Notes: generated from the sequence alone by a model not told the origin. 64,000 nucleotides of DNA from Muribaculaceae bacterium (GCA_023663465.1 JAMPHJ010000002.1:26039-90038), one strand, 5' to 3'. Numbered from the stretch's first letter, positions 48,510-58,201 are shown. Translations and numbers: made by a program.

Positions 48510-49991
48510 ATGAGTGACTCTCAGAATGGGAACGGGATAGGAGAACAGATTAAAAACGCGCTGGCGGAAGCCTTGCAGACCGGGGATTTTAAGAATCTGA
48601 ATGATTTGGTGTCATGGACTGTGACCAATACGTTAAATGAAGTTGGAAAAAGCATGACGCAGGGCGGCGAAAAGGTGCAGAGCGTGGGAAGTTTTTCCGG
48701 GTATGGGAAAACGGAAGATGGCGCAGCGTGGGAAGAAGAGCAGCGAAGGCAACAAGAGCGGTGGCGCCGCCAGGAAGAGCAGATGCGCCAGAAACAGGAG
48801 CAGATGCAGCGCAGACAGGAAGAGCAGATGCGGCAGCAGCATGAGCAGATACGCCGCCAGGAAGAGCAGATGCGTAAGAAACAGGAGCAGATACGCAAGC
48901 GGGAAGAACAGATTCAGAAACAACGGGCGCAGATGCAGAAACAGGAACGGCAAATGCAGTATAAGCAGGAGTTAACACCGCAGAACAAAGGATATATGCC
49001 GCCGGTAAAAATGAATAAAACAGGCAGCGTATCCAATGTGCTGTATCAGGTATTCGGCGGAGTCGGACTGGGCTTTACGAGTATTGCGACTTTTGCGCAT
49101 ATGGTGACATCCATGCTCGAAGGCGCTACTTTGGCGGGATGGATTGCAAATCTGGCTGTTTTGGCATTTTTCTTCGGAATGATCCGGCATGGAAGCAGCC
49201 AGCGGAAGCGTTTAAAACGCGCCATGCGCTATGTGCAGTTATGCGGCGGCAGAATGTATGGGGAAATTGAGAGTCTGGCGAAGGCTACGGGCAGGAGTGT
49301 GCGCTATGTGGTACGGGATATCCAGAAAATGCTTGCCCTCAACATGTTCCCGGAAGGGCATCTGGATGAGAAGAAGACCTGTCTGATGTTAAACGATACG
49401 GTTTATGGGCAGTATCTGGATGCAGAAAACAGCCGCAGACTCAGGGAAGAGCAGGATAGGAAAGCGCTGGAGCAAAAGGAACCTGACGAGAAGCTGGAAA
49501 ACCAGACGCAGCAGGATATTCGCAGTGAGCAGGAAGCGGAACTGGATATCATGATAGCGGAGGGAATGGAGTGCGTTGGCAAGTTAAACGCGTTAAACGA
49601 GCAGATTCCCGGAGAAGTGATATCCGCCAAGCTGTTTCGGTTGGAAGGGTTGTTAAAAGATATTTTTGCCAGCCTGAAAGAGCATCCCGAACAGATGCAC
49701 CGTATGCATAAACTGATGGATTACTATCTGCCCACCACGTTGAAACTGGTGGAAGCCTATGAGGATTTTGATAGGATTACGACGCCGGGAGAGGAAATCG
49801 TAGCTGCCAAAACAGAAATTGAAAACACGTTGGATACGATTAATCAGGCGTTTACGGAGCTTTTGAACAATCTGTTCCAGGACGCTGTATTCGATGCCAC
49901 GACAGACGCCCAGGTATTAAAGACCATGCTTGCCAGAGAAGGGTTGACAAGAGAAATGGAATTAAAAGATGGAGGAAGAATAGATGAGTGA
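48510..49991 (+). CDS. XpaC-like (5-bromo-4-chloroindolyl phosphate hydrolysis family) membrane protein with a Q/E/R-rich repeat insert
   Basis: Two TMs; C-terminal MDYYLPTTLKLVEAY...TINQAF..LL..LFQD...D..VLKTMLAREGL; upstream of a TelA-family gene. Confidence 0.82.
   Translation: MSDSQNGNGIGEQIKNALAEALQTGDFKNLNDLVSWTVTNTLNEVGKSMTQGGEKVQSVGSFSGYGKTEDGAAWEEEQRRQQERWRRQEEQMRQKQEQMQRRQEEQMRQQHEQIRRQEEQMRKKQEQIRKREEQIQKQRAQMQKQERQMQYKQELTPQNKGYMPPVKMNKTGSVSNVLYQVFGGVGLGFTSIATFAHMVTSMLEGATLAGWIANLAVLAFFFGMIRHGSSQRKRLKRAMRYVQLCGGRMYGEIESLAKATGRSVRYVVRDIQKMLALNMFPEGHLDEKKTCLMLNDTVYGQYLDAENSRRLREEQDRKALEQKEPDEKLENQTQQDIRSEQEAELDIMIAEGMECVGKLNALNEQIPGEVISAKLFRLEGLLKDIFASLKEHPEQMHRMHKLMDYYLPTTLKLVEAYEDFDRITTPGEEIVAAKTEIENTLDTINQAFTELLNNLFQDAVFDATTDAQVLKTMLAREGLTREMELKDGGRIDE
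48765..48935 (+). repeat. Intragenic ~42-45-nt tandem repeat (RRQEEQMRxxQEQI), about 4 copies
   Basis: cgccgccaggaagagcagatgcg...gagcagat units repeated; coiled-coil-like translation. Confidence 0.8.
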
Positions 49992-51150
49992 CAATTTAGA
50001 AGAAATGATAAAGGAAGCGCCTTCTTTGACGCTCGACCCGTTTGCACAGGCAAAAGAGCCGGTGGCTGTAGTAAGTAATGTACAGCTTGCAGAGGAGCCG
50101 CTGCCCAAAGTACCGGAGGTTGTGCTGACGCCACAAGAGCAGAAAATGGTAGATGATTTTGCCGCCCAGATTGACATTACGAATACCCAGATGGTTATGC
50201 AGTATGGCGCGGGCAGCCAGAAAAAAATTGCCGACTTTTCTGAAAGCGCCCTAAATAATGTCCGCACGAAGGATATGGGGGAAATCGGACAGATGTTGAC
50301 CGGAGTGGTCAGTGAGCTAAAAGGGTTTGATGAGGAAGAAAAAGGGTTTCTTGGCATTTTCAAAAAAAGCAGTAATAAGCTGGAAAATCTGAAAGTAAAA
50401 TACGATAAAGCAGAAGCGAATATCAATAAAATCTGTAAAGTCATGGAAGACCATCAGGTGACGCTGTTAAAAGACGCCGCCATGTTGGATAAGATGTACA
50501 ATCTGAACCTGAACTATTTCAAAGAATTGTCCATGTATATTCTGGCGGGCAAGCAGAAACTGGAACAGGCAAGGACTGTGGAACTGCCCGCACTGCTGGC
50601 GAAAGCGGAGCAAAGCGGACTTTCAGAGGATACCCAGGCAGCGAATGATTATGCCGCTATGTGCGAACGTTTCGAGAAGAAAATCTATGATTTGGAACTG
50701 ACGAGAACCATTTCCATGCAGATGGCGCCCCAGATTCGTCTGATTCAGAGTAACGATACCGCCATGTCGGAAAAGATACAATCCACGCTGGTCAATACGA
50801 TTCCTTTGTGGAAGAGCCAGATGGTCATCGCCATTGGGCTGAATCATTCCACCGAGGCGGCAAGGGCGCAGCGGGAAGTAACGGATATGACCAATGCGCT
50901 GCTGAAAAAGAATGCAGAGGCTTTGAAAACTGCCACGATTGAGACTGCCAAAGAAAGTGAGCGCGGCATTGTGGATATCGAGACGCTGACTGCCACGAAC
51001 CAGACGCTTATCAGTACCCTGGATGAGGTATTAAAGATTCAGGAGGACGGTCATGCCAAACGGATGAACGCGGAACAGGAGCTGGGAAGAATCGAAGAAG
51101 AAATGCGGCAGAAACTGCTGGCAGTAAGCCGCACTTCCAGACAGGCATAA
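49984..51150 (+). CDS. Toxic anion resistance protein, TelA/YaaN family
   Basis: QYGAGSQKKIADFS, RFEKKIYDLELTR..SMQMAPQIRLIQ, NTIPLWKSQ and ERGIVDIETL motifs. Confidence 0.93.
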   Translation: MSDNLEEMIKEAPSLTLDPFAQAKEPVAVVSNVQLAEEPLPKVPEVVLTPQEQKMVDDFAAQIDITNTQMVMQYGAGSQKKIADFSESALNNVRTKDMGEIGQMLTGVVSELKGFDEEEKGFLGIFKKSSNKLENLKVKYDKAEANINKICKVMEDHQVTLLKDAAMLDKMYNLNLNYFKELSMYILAGKQKLEQARTVELPALLAKAEQSGLSEDTQAANDYAAMCERFEKKIYDLELTRTISMQMAPQIRLIQSNDTAMSEKIQSTLVNTIPLWKSQMVIAIGLNHSTEAARAQREVTDMTNALLKKNAEALKTATIETAKESERGIVDIETLTATNQTLISTLDEVLKIQEDGHAKRMNAEQELGRIEEEMRQKLLAVSRTSRQA

Positions 51151-51201
51151 CCCAAAAACACACATCAGGAAAATTTATCACCATAAAAGAATAAATATAA
51201 T

Positions 51202-51237
51202 AACGGCAAAGAATATTTTTGACAGTTCTTTGCCGTT
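51202..51237. terminator. Bidirectional terminator-like hairpin between convergent genes
   Basis: aacggcaaagaa ... ttctttgccgtt, 12-bp inverted repeat. Confidence 0.65.
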
Positions 51238-51244
51238 TCTTAGA

Positions 51245-51679
51245 TTATAAATAATCTTTCAAATCTTTACACAATTCTTCCTCGATGGAAACCAGACGTT
51301 TGCAGATAGATTTAGAAGTATTATCCGCATCCTGATATTGGTTGAGATACTTGTGCAGCGACTTCACGCCCATGTTGCAGCCGTCGGTGATAACGTCGGC
51401 AACCGCAGCGTCGCTTTCATGCATTCCTACTTTCATATTCGTCTTCATCCAGGACATGCTTTTCGCCATTGGGCTTGGATCTTTTTCTTCACTGCCATGC
51501 TCGACTAAAAGAGAATGAATTTCATTGCCTAATTTTTCATGGTGCGCCTTGCTTTCTGTCAGTAAATCTTTCATGTGCCCGTCCTGTACTTTATCCAGAA
51601 CCTCATCAATGGAAACTACCGCCATCTTCGTGCCGGAGTCGCATTCTTTCAGTAATGAAATGGTATCATTTTTTTCCAT
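51245..51679 (-). CDS. Conserved ferritin-like four-helix hypothetical protein of Clostridia
   Basis: LLKECDSGTKMAV...GCNMGVKSLHKYLNQY...EE...LKDYL pattern; GGAGG RBS before ATG 51679. Confidence 0.75.
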   Translation of the reverse strand: MEKNDTISLLKECDSGTKMAVVSIDEVLDKVQDGHMKDLLTESKAHHEKLGNEIHSLLVEHGSEEKDPSPMAKSMSWMKTNMKVGMHESDAAVADVITDGCNMGVKSLHKYLNQYQDADNTSKSICKRLVSIEEELCKDLKDYL

Positions 51680-51861
51680 GTTTTCCTCCATTCAAAATGA
51701 CACTAATGTCACCTTTTCCTTTTTTCTGTAGTTTTAATATGCCCTGTTTTAAGAAAAATATGTTTTGTCCGGGAAAATATGACTCCGAACGCGACTTAGA
51801 TAAATATTTATAGATGATTTTATAAGAAAGAAATGATATAATGTTCGCGGTGGCAATGAGC

Positions 51862-52071
51862 AGTGCGCAGCCATTCAGAAAAGCGAAGAGGTGAGCTTGC
51901 TCACCGAAGCGTTTTTCTGAATGGCTGCATAGGGCGAAGCCCGTGATTCAGAAAAGCGAAGAGGTGAGCTTGCTCACCGAAGCGTTTTTCTTTCTGGCTG
52001 CATAGGGCGAAGCCCGTGATTCGGGAAACCAAAGGTTTTCCGAATGTGCAGTGCGGACAAAGTGCGCAGCC
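51862..52071. repeat. Two tandem 73-bp palindromic units plus a third hairpin, flanked by an 11-bp direct repeat (REP-like)
   Basis: Units at 51873-51945 and 51946-52018 differ at 3 nt. Hairpin attcgggaaaccaaaggttttccgaat at 52019-52045. AGTGCGCAGCC at 51862-51872 and 52061-52071. Confidence 0.9.
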
Positions 52072-52099
52072 CGAAAGACAGAACAATAGGAGGTACAAC

Positions 52100-52567
52100 A
52101 TGTCAATCGAAAGAGTAAAACTGTATTTTGAAAAGTACCACATGGAGGATAAGATTCAGGAGTTTGACGTATCCAGCGCGACAGTAGAGCTGGCTGCAAA
52201 GGCGTTGCACTGTGCACCCCGGCGGATAGCGAAAACCTTATCCTTTATGGGCAAAGAAGGTCCTTTATTGGTCGTTGCTGCGGGGGATGCCAAAATCGAT
52301 AATCCGAAATACAAGGCGCAGTTTGGGACAAAGGCGAAAATGCTTTCACCGGAGGAAGTGGAAACGCTTATCGGTCATGGAGTGGGCGGCGTATGCCCTT
52401 TTGCCGTTAATGAGGGCGTGGAGGTTTACCTGGACGAATCCTTGAAGCGGTTTGAAACGGTATTTCCCGCATGTGGCAGCGCAAACAGCGCCATAGAGCT
52501 TACGATTGCGCAGTTGGAGGAATATTCCGGCTGCATAAGCTGGGTTGATGTTTGTAAGGGGTATTAA
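52100..52567 (+). CDS. YbaK/EbsC (aminoacyl-tRNA deacylase/editing) family protein
   Basis: SSATVELAA.AL....IAKTLSF, GHGVGGVCPF and PACGSANSAI motifs; AGGAGG RBS. Confidence 0.92.
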   Translation: MSIERVKLYFEKYHMEDKIQEFDVSSATVELAAKALHCAPRRIAKTLSFMGKEGPLLVVAAGDAKIDNPKYKAQFGTKAKMLSPEEVETLIGHGVGGVCPFAVNEGVEVYLDESLKRFETVFPACGSANSAIELTIAQLEEYSGCISWVDVCKGY

Positions 52568-52677
52568 AGCAACATTTGGCTGTGTATTTTGCAAAAGGAT
52601 AAAAGAAGTAATTGAAGAATAGCAAGAAAAAAATGATAAAACTGGAAGAATAAGGATATAGGTTGGATTCAGATTCC

Positions 52678-52739
52678 TTGACTATTATATGTTAAGTAGC
52701 ATATAATACAAGTACGATAAATGGTACGGTTTCAAGTAC
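52678..52739 (+). promoter_or_regulatory. Antitoxin promoter (TTGACT-18-TATAAT) with three GTAC boxes at 12-bp spacing (putative operator)
   Basis: -35 at 52678-52683, -10 at 52702-52707, GTAC at 52712, 52724 and 52736. Confidence 0.65.
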
Positions 52740-52754
52740 AGAAGGAGGCTTTTT

Positions 52755-53012
52755 ATGATTGCAACAAAACAAATGGATATAAGGGCAAATATAAAAAAAT
52801 ATTTTGATATGGCATTTAATGGTGAGCCGGTAATTGTGTCGCGTAAAGAGAATAAAAATGTTGTTATAATATCTGAGGCGGAATACAATGAATTGGCGAA
52901 AGCGAAAAAAAATGCGGAATATTTAGCAAAATTAAATAGGGCAGACGAGCAAATTAAAAATGGACAGGTGGTAACGAAAACTATGGATGAACTTCTAGCG
53001 ATGGAGGAATAG
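52755..53012 (+). CDS. Phd/YefM-family antitoxin (no adjacent toxin)
   Basis: DIRANIKKYFD....EPVIVSRKENKNVVIISEAEYN motif; AAGGAGG RBS. Confidence 0.88.
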   Translation: MIATKQMDIRANIKKYFDMAFNGEPVIVSRKENKNVVIISEAEYNELAKAKKNAEYLAKLNRADEQIKNGQVVTKTMDELLAMEE

Positions 53013-53243
53013 TCTATGAGATATCAGATAATCAAATAGTCATAAAATCTTGCAGAGGTCATTATCATGATTGAATTAGGCATTGGGATAACCAATCCTG
53101 CGGTCTGTAGACAAAGTGTCACTGCCTTGTAAAAAAATCTAACTACCGCTTGCGTAACGAGAGTTTCTATGCTATAACCGATATGGATAAATTTGTATCT
53201 GCGCAGAAAGGCAGCAGGTCGGGAAACAGGAAGGGTTAAGTAT

Positions 53244-54410
53244 ATGGAAAATACAAAGATTACAGATTCCGTCTGGTATGTGGGGGCGGATGATAAAACC
53301 ATCGACTTATTTGAAAGCCAGTATGTGGTTCCAAACGGCGTATCTTACAATTCTTATGTGATTCTGGATGATAAAATTGCCGTTATGGATAGCGTGGATT
53401 TAAGGGCCGGGGATGAATGGTTTGCCAATCTGGACAGTGTTTTAGGGGAAAGAAAGCCGGATTATCTTGTGGTTTCTCATTTGGAGCCGGACCATGCCGG
53501 TAATATCCAGAAGTTTATGGAAAAATATCCGCAGGCAGAGATCGTCGTCAATGCGAAATCACTGGCGATGCTGCCACAGTTTTTCCCATTGGATATGAGC
53601 GGACGCAGCGTGGTGGTCAAAGAGGGTGAGGAACTGTCCCTCGGTAAACATGCGCTTGCTTTTGTCATGGCGCCTATGGTGCATTGGCCGGAGGTTATGG
53701 TGGCGTATGAGAAAACGGAAAAAATTCTGTTTTCTGCGGACGCATTCGGTAAATTTGGTGCGTTGGATACCGAAGAAGACTGGGCGTGCGAAGCAAGAAG
53801 ATATTATTTCAATATCGTAGGAAAATACGGAATGCAGGTACAGGCGCTGTTAAAAAAAGCGGCGGCGCTGGATATTCAGACGATATGCCCGCTGCATGGT
53901 CCCTGGCTGACAGAAAATCTGGCATACTATCTGGGAAAATACCAGATTTGGAGCAGTTATGAGCCGGAGGATAAGGGCGTGCTGATTGCCTATGCGTCAA
54001 TTCATGGAAATACCGGCAAGGCTGCAGAGAAACTGGCGGAATTGCTGCAGGAAAAAGGCGTGGAAAAAGTAGTGCTGTCGGATTTGGCGCGGGAAGATAT
54101 GGCGGAAGTGATAGAGGACGCTTATCGTTATGATAGGATGGTTTTGGCGGCGGCAACCTATGACGGCGGCATTTTCCCATGTATGGAAAGCTTTCTGGCG
54201 CATTTGAAATCCAAGAATTACCAGAAACGCACTATCGGGCTGATAGAAAACGGAAGCTGGGCGCCAATGGCGGGTAAAATCATGAAGGAAAGTCTGTCCC
54301 AGCTAAAAGAGATTACGATTCTGGAACCGGTAGTGACCATAAAATCCACGTTAAATGAGACCTCACAGGCGCAGCTGGAAGAGCTGGCACAGGCATTGTT
54401 GCAGGTATAG
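53244..54410 (+). CDS. FprA-family A-type flavoprotein (flavodiiron protein)
   Basis: GVSYNSY, SHLEPDH, PMVHWPE, SADAFG, CPLHGP; flavodoxin YASIHGNT. Upstream TTGCGT-17-TATAAC promoter at 53150-53178. Confidence 0.94.
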   Translation: MENTKITDSVWYVGADDKTIDLFESQYVVPNGVSYNSYVILDDKIAVMDSVDLRAGDEWFANLDSVLGERKPDYLVVSHLEPDHAGNIQKFMEKYPQAEIVVNAKSLAMLPQFFPLDMSGRSVVVKEGEELSLGKHALAFVMAPMVHWPEVMVAYEKTEKILFSADAFGKFGALDTEEDWACEARRYYFNIVGKYGMQVQALLKKAAALDIQTICPLHGPWLTENLAYYLGKYQIWSSYEPEDKGVLIAYASIHGNTGKAAEKLAELLQEKGVEKVVLSDLAREDMAEVIEDAYRYDRMVLAAATYDGGIFPCMESFLAHLKSKNYQKRTIGLIENGSWAPMAGKIMKESLSQLKEITILEPVVTIKSTLNETSQAQLEELAQALLQV

Positions 54411-54513
54411 TCTGCAGCATTACTACATAGTTACGGGTATAGTCTGATGCATTGTCGCAGATATGGTATGGAGTATTGACATAGCATAGAATATTTTGTT
54501 CAGAGGTGCAGTG

Positions 54514-55863
54514 ATGGAAAAAGATATGACGAAAGGAAGCCCCATGAAGTTAATTCTGGGGTTTTCGATTCCTCTTTTATTTGGATTGTTGTTTCAGCAG
54601 TTTTACAGCATGGTGGATACGGTGATTGTCGGTCAGGCATTGGGCGTCAATGCGCTGGCGGCAGTTGGTTCGACCGGTTCAGTCAATTTCATGATTATCG
54701 GATTCTGCATGGGCGTCTGCAGCGGGTTTGCCATTCCGATTGCACAGGAATTTGGCGCGGGAAATGAGAGAAAGCTGCGGCAGTATGCGGCGAACAGTGT
54801 CCGCCTTGCGGCGGTTTTTGCAGTGACAATGACGATTATCGTATCGCTTTTATGCCGTCCGATTCTGCAGCTGATGCGGACGCCGGATAATATCATTGAC
54901 GGCGCCTACAGCTACATCCTGATTATTTTTCTGGGGATTCCGGTAACATATCTTTATAATATGACCGCAGCGATTATCCGTTCTCTTGGCGACAGCAAGA
55001 CACCGGTTATTTTTCTAGTGATGGCGGCGCTGCTTAATATTATATTGGATTTGTTGTGTATCCTCGGTTTCCATTGGGGCGTTGCCGGGGCGGCAATAGC
55101 CACAGTGGTGTCCCAGGCAGTGGCAGGAATCTGCTGTTTTCTTTATATGAAAAAGAAATTCGCGATTTTACAGATGAACAGGGAAGACTGGATTAGGGAT
55201 GGGGACTGCATCAGGAAGTTGTGTGCGATGGGTCTTCCGATGGGGCTGCAATATTCCATTACGGCAATCGGCAGCGTGATTTTGCAAAGCGCGGTCAACA
55301 GCATCGGTTCTGATGCGGTGGCGACGGTAACGGCGGGCAGTAAATTGAGTATGTTTCTGGTATGCCCGTTTGACGCTATGGGTTCTACAATGGCGACTTA
55401 CGGCGGACAGAATGTGGGCGCCGGGCAGTTTGATAGAATCAGCAAGGGGCTAAAAAGCTGTATCCTGTTAGGAGCAGCCTATGCGATTATTGCCTTTTTC
55501 ATCGTCTTATTATGTGGACGTTCGCTGCTCTTATTGTTCTTAGACAGCGGCGAGACGGCGATTCTGGAAAATGCGCAGTGGTATACAACGATGAATGCCT
55601 GTTTCTATTTTGCCCTTGCGATTGTCAATATTGTCCGTTTTCTGATACAGGGTATGGGATTTAGCAGACTTGCCGTGTTTGCGGGTATCTTTGAAATGGT
55701 GGCAAGAAGTATCGTAGGGTTTGTGCTGGTGCCTTATTTTGGCTTTGCCGCAGTCGGTTTTGCCAATCCGATGGCATGGGTATTTGCTGATATTTTCCTG
55801 ATTCCTGCCTATTTATATGCAAGAAAAGAGATAGAAAAAATGCGCAGAGGAGCGGCGAAATAG
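54514..55863 (+). CDS. MATE-family efflux transporter
   Basis: MEKDMTKGSP.KLIL.FSIP, QQFYSMVDTVIVG, RSLGDSKTP and GVAGAAIATV motifs. Confidence 0.94.
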   Translation: MEKDMTKGSPMKLILGFSIPLLFGLLFQQFYSMVDTVIVGQALGVNALAAVGSTGSVNFMIIGFCMGVCSGFAIPIAQEFGAGNERKLRQYAANSVRLAAVFAVTMTIIVSLLCRPILQLMRTPDNIIDGAYSYILIIFLGIPVTYLYNMTAAIIRSLGDSKTPVIFLVMAALLNIILDLLCILGFHWGVAGAAIATVVSQAVAGICCFLYMKKKFAILQMNREDWIRDGDCIRKLCAMGLPMGLQYSITAIGSVILQSAVNSIGSDAVATVTAGSKLSMFLVCPFDAMGSTMATYGGQNVGAGQFDRISKGLKSCILLGAAYAIIAFFIVLLCGRSLLLLFLDSGETAILENAQWYTTMNACFYFALAIVNIVRFLIQGMGFSRLAVFAGIFEMVARSIVGFVLVPYFGFAAVGFANPMAWVFADIFLIPAYLYARKEIEKMRRGAAK

Positions 55864-55865
55864 CG

Positions 55866-56975
55866 ATGACGGTTACAATTTTTACAATGACCCATAAAAA
55901 ATTTAAGGAACCTTCCGATTCCGTATATATCCCGCTGCAGGTGGGGCGCGCCTGTAGTGAGGATTTAGGCTACGCCGGGGACGATACGGGAGATAATATA
56001 TCGGAGAAAAACTGTTATTACGGGGAGCTTACGGGAGTTTACTGGGTATGGAAGAATGTGCGGACTTCCGATTATGTGGGAATCAGCCATTATAGAAGGT
56101 ATTTTTGCACCGAGGAGGGCAGGATTTTTGGCGGACAGGATTATTTGTCCATTTTGAAAGAGTACGATATCATTACTTCCAAAAAGTTAAAACTGAATTT
56201 TTCCTATTATGACGGTTATGCGGGAGATTATAATATTTTTGATTTGGTTACGACAGGAGAAGTCATCCGCCAAAAAACGCCCGAATTTTATGAAAATTTT
56301 GAAAGGCTTGTCCACGGAAACGGCACTTATTTCGCGAATATGATGGTGGCTAAAAAAGAACTCTACGACGAATACTGCGCCTGGCTTTTTTCCATCTTTG
56401 AAGAGGTGGAAAAGCGGATAGACGCAAGCGGCTATGACGATTACCATAAGCGGGTGTTCGGGTTTATCTCGGAATTTCTGCTGATGGTATGGGTAGAGAC
56501 AAAAGGGCTGAAAGTATATGAGTGCAAGGTCGGCATGACCACCGAGAAATATGAAACGAAGCAGATGAAGGATACGCTTGCCGGTTTTTTCCAGAAGAAG
56601 GACATCGCGGGGGCAAAGGCATATTTTCTGGATTCACTGGAAAAAAGACCGGATGTATTGATGGAAGCCTCCGATATCACAGGCGAGCTAAAAATGGCGA
56701 TGCAGGTCGTGGCGGTCTGCGAGTTAGAACAGGACGCCTACGGGCAGAGCGTACTTGACAGGATACAGGACTTTGATGCGTTGATGCATTATTTTGGCAG
56801 GTTAAATGATGCAGTGAATGCGTGTAAGATGGAAAGCCTGGGGACGGAGGATATTCGTTTCTTACAAAAAGAGCAGGTATCGAAAATCGCGATCGAAGCT
56901 TCCGCAAGACTATTCTGTACGCAGGAAGAGGAGCTGGCAAGGGTCGTGGAGGAAATCTCTTCCGTCGGGTCATAA
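55866..56975 (+). CDS. DUF4422-domain protein (putative glycosyltransferase)
   Basis: MTHKKF..P....YIPLQVG, DDTGDNISEKNCYYGELTGVYWVWKN, HYRRYF and RVFGFISE motifs. Confidence 0.88.
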   Translation: MTVTIFTMTHKKFKEPSDSVYIPLQVGRACSEDLGYAGDDTGDNISEKNCYYGELTGVYWVWKNVRTSDYVGISHYRRYFCTEEGRIFGGQDYLSILKEYDIITSKKLKLNFSYYDGYAGDYNIFDLVTTGEVIRQKTPEFYENFERLVHGNGTYFANMMVAKKELYDEYCAWLFSIFEEVEKRIDASGYDDYHKRVFGFISEFLLMVWVETKGLKVYECKVGMTTEKYETKQMKDTLAGFFQKKDIAGAKAYFLDSLEKRPDVLMEASDITGELKMAMQVVAVCELEQDAYGQSVLDRIQDFDALMHYFGRLNDAVNACKMESLGTEDIRFLQKEQVSKIAIEASARLFCTQEEELARVVEEISSVGS

Positions 56976-58201
56976 ATATTCCCTGTCGTTTTCCCGACAT
57001 AGGTAAGACTGCCGTCTTTTTCGTAGCGGTAGAAATAACTGTATGTGACATATGTGTCATTTTCATTCTCAGAGGAAAAGAAAACAAAATCCAGTATCTC
57101 ATCCGATTCGTCCAAATCATAGATAGCATAGTCTTCCATCCATGCATATTCTACGAAACGTTCTTTTAATTCGTCGCCTGCATCCTGCGCAAAATCCATG
57201 TCGTTAACGATAAAGTGGACGGTTGTTTCGCCCCCATCTTCCGATTCGGTATACACCGTAGAAAACTGGATGGAATCTTCCTGCCCGTCGCCGTTGACGT
57301 CGATAGCATAGGACTCCTCATGCCGCAGTTTCCGGGTCAGTCTGCCGGGATAGGCGAAAGCATCTTTTAAGCCCATGACGTCCAAATCACTATAGGGGAT
57401 AACGAATTCTATCGTGCCCGCCGCGTAGGGACCCAGCGCATAGGGGTTGCTGAGAAAAACAAGACCGGACGTGGACAGATACCAGGAATCCTCGGCATAC
57501 AGCACGGACTCAAGCTCCCCGTTATGAATAGACTCACCGCTAAATAACATACCCTGATAAGAGGCGGAAGCCGCAAGTTCCTGATTATAGGCAAGCGTGT
57601 CCGCATGGAAAGTATCAGCATTTTCGGCAAGCTCCAAGAAAGATAATTTCTCGCCGGTCTGCGTATTATAGTTGACTCCGGTAGTGCTTGTAAAACCGTG
57701 GGCGCCGCCGCTATAGGCATAATTCGTTATGATAAAAGAAATGACGTTACTGTCAGAACGGGCAGCCGTAAAATGTAATTCCGACGCGTAGGGCATAAAA
57801 GGATAGTCCCATTCCGGGTCTTCGCTGCGCGTCTCATAATCGTCTTTTGCATATTGCAGCTCATCATTGTCTGCAGCAGTGAGGAAAGCGGATACGATTT
57901 CCTGGATATCCGCATTGATTTTGGCAGCGCTATCCTCATGCCCGGTAATGGTAACAATGGGATATCCATAGCTCAAAGTATAGATACATGTTCCGTCTTC
58001 CGCATTCTCGCTGGATTCTTCCGTTTTCATTTCAATGGAGATGGTGAAAACTTCATCCTCGTTTTCTATATTGCCTTTATCCAAAACAGCATCTTCTTTT
58101 GCATCTTCCATTTGTGGCAATGCCGTCTGCGTGCCGCAGGAACAGCAGAAACAAGCTAGGATGGAAGATGCGATAACGGTACGGATTTTATTTCTTTTCA
58201 T
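56789..58201 (-). CDS. Lipoprotein with DUF4163/DUF3298 (PdaC/RsiV-like) domains
   Basis: Lipobox-like CCCSC, YSGGAHG, YNTQTGEKLS and NPYALGPYAAG..EFVIPY; 3' end overlaps the DUF4422 gene. Confidence 0.85.
   Translation of the reverse strand: MKRNKIRTVIASSILACFCCSCGTQTALPQMEDAKEDAVLDKGNIENEDEVFTISIEMKTEESSENAEDGTCIYTLSYGYPIVTITGHEDSAAKINADIQEIVSAFLTAADNDELQYAKDDYETRSEDPEWDYPFMPYASELHFTAARSDSNVISFIITNYAYSGGAHGFTSTTGVNYNTQTGEKLSFLELAENADTFHADTLAYNQELAASASYQGMLFSGESIHNGELESVLYAEDSWYLSTSGLVFLSNPYALGPYAAGTIEFVIPYSDLDVMGLKDAFAYPGRLTRKLRHEESYAIDVNGDGQEDSIQFSTVYTESEDGGETTVHFIVNDMDFAQDAGDELKERFVEYAWMEDYAIYDLDESDEILDFVFFSSENENDTYVTYSYFYRYEKDGSLTYVGKTTGNIYDPTEEISSTTLASSSSCVQNSLAEASIAIFDTCSFCKKRISSVPRLSILHAFTASFNLPK

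Noticed and set aside
51873-52018. 73-bp duplicated palindrome as a CRISPR array, tRNA or T-box
   Set aside because: The two copies are near-identical over their whole length (no spacer), there is no cloverleaf or TTCGA arm, and no T-box TGGnACC antiterminator motif.
52016-52099. N-terminal extension of the YbaK ORF from GTG 52016, and the small minus-strand ORFs at 51901-52217
   Set aside because: They arise from the repeat element; the AGGAGG RBS supports ATG 52100.
54404-54455. Imperfect direct repeat GGTATAGTCTG..GCATT after fprA
   Set aside because: Only two short degenerate copies with no supporting context; probably a small local duplication.
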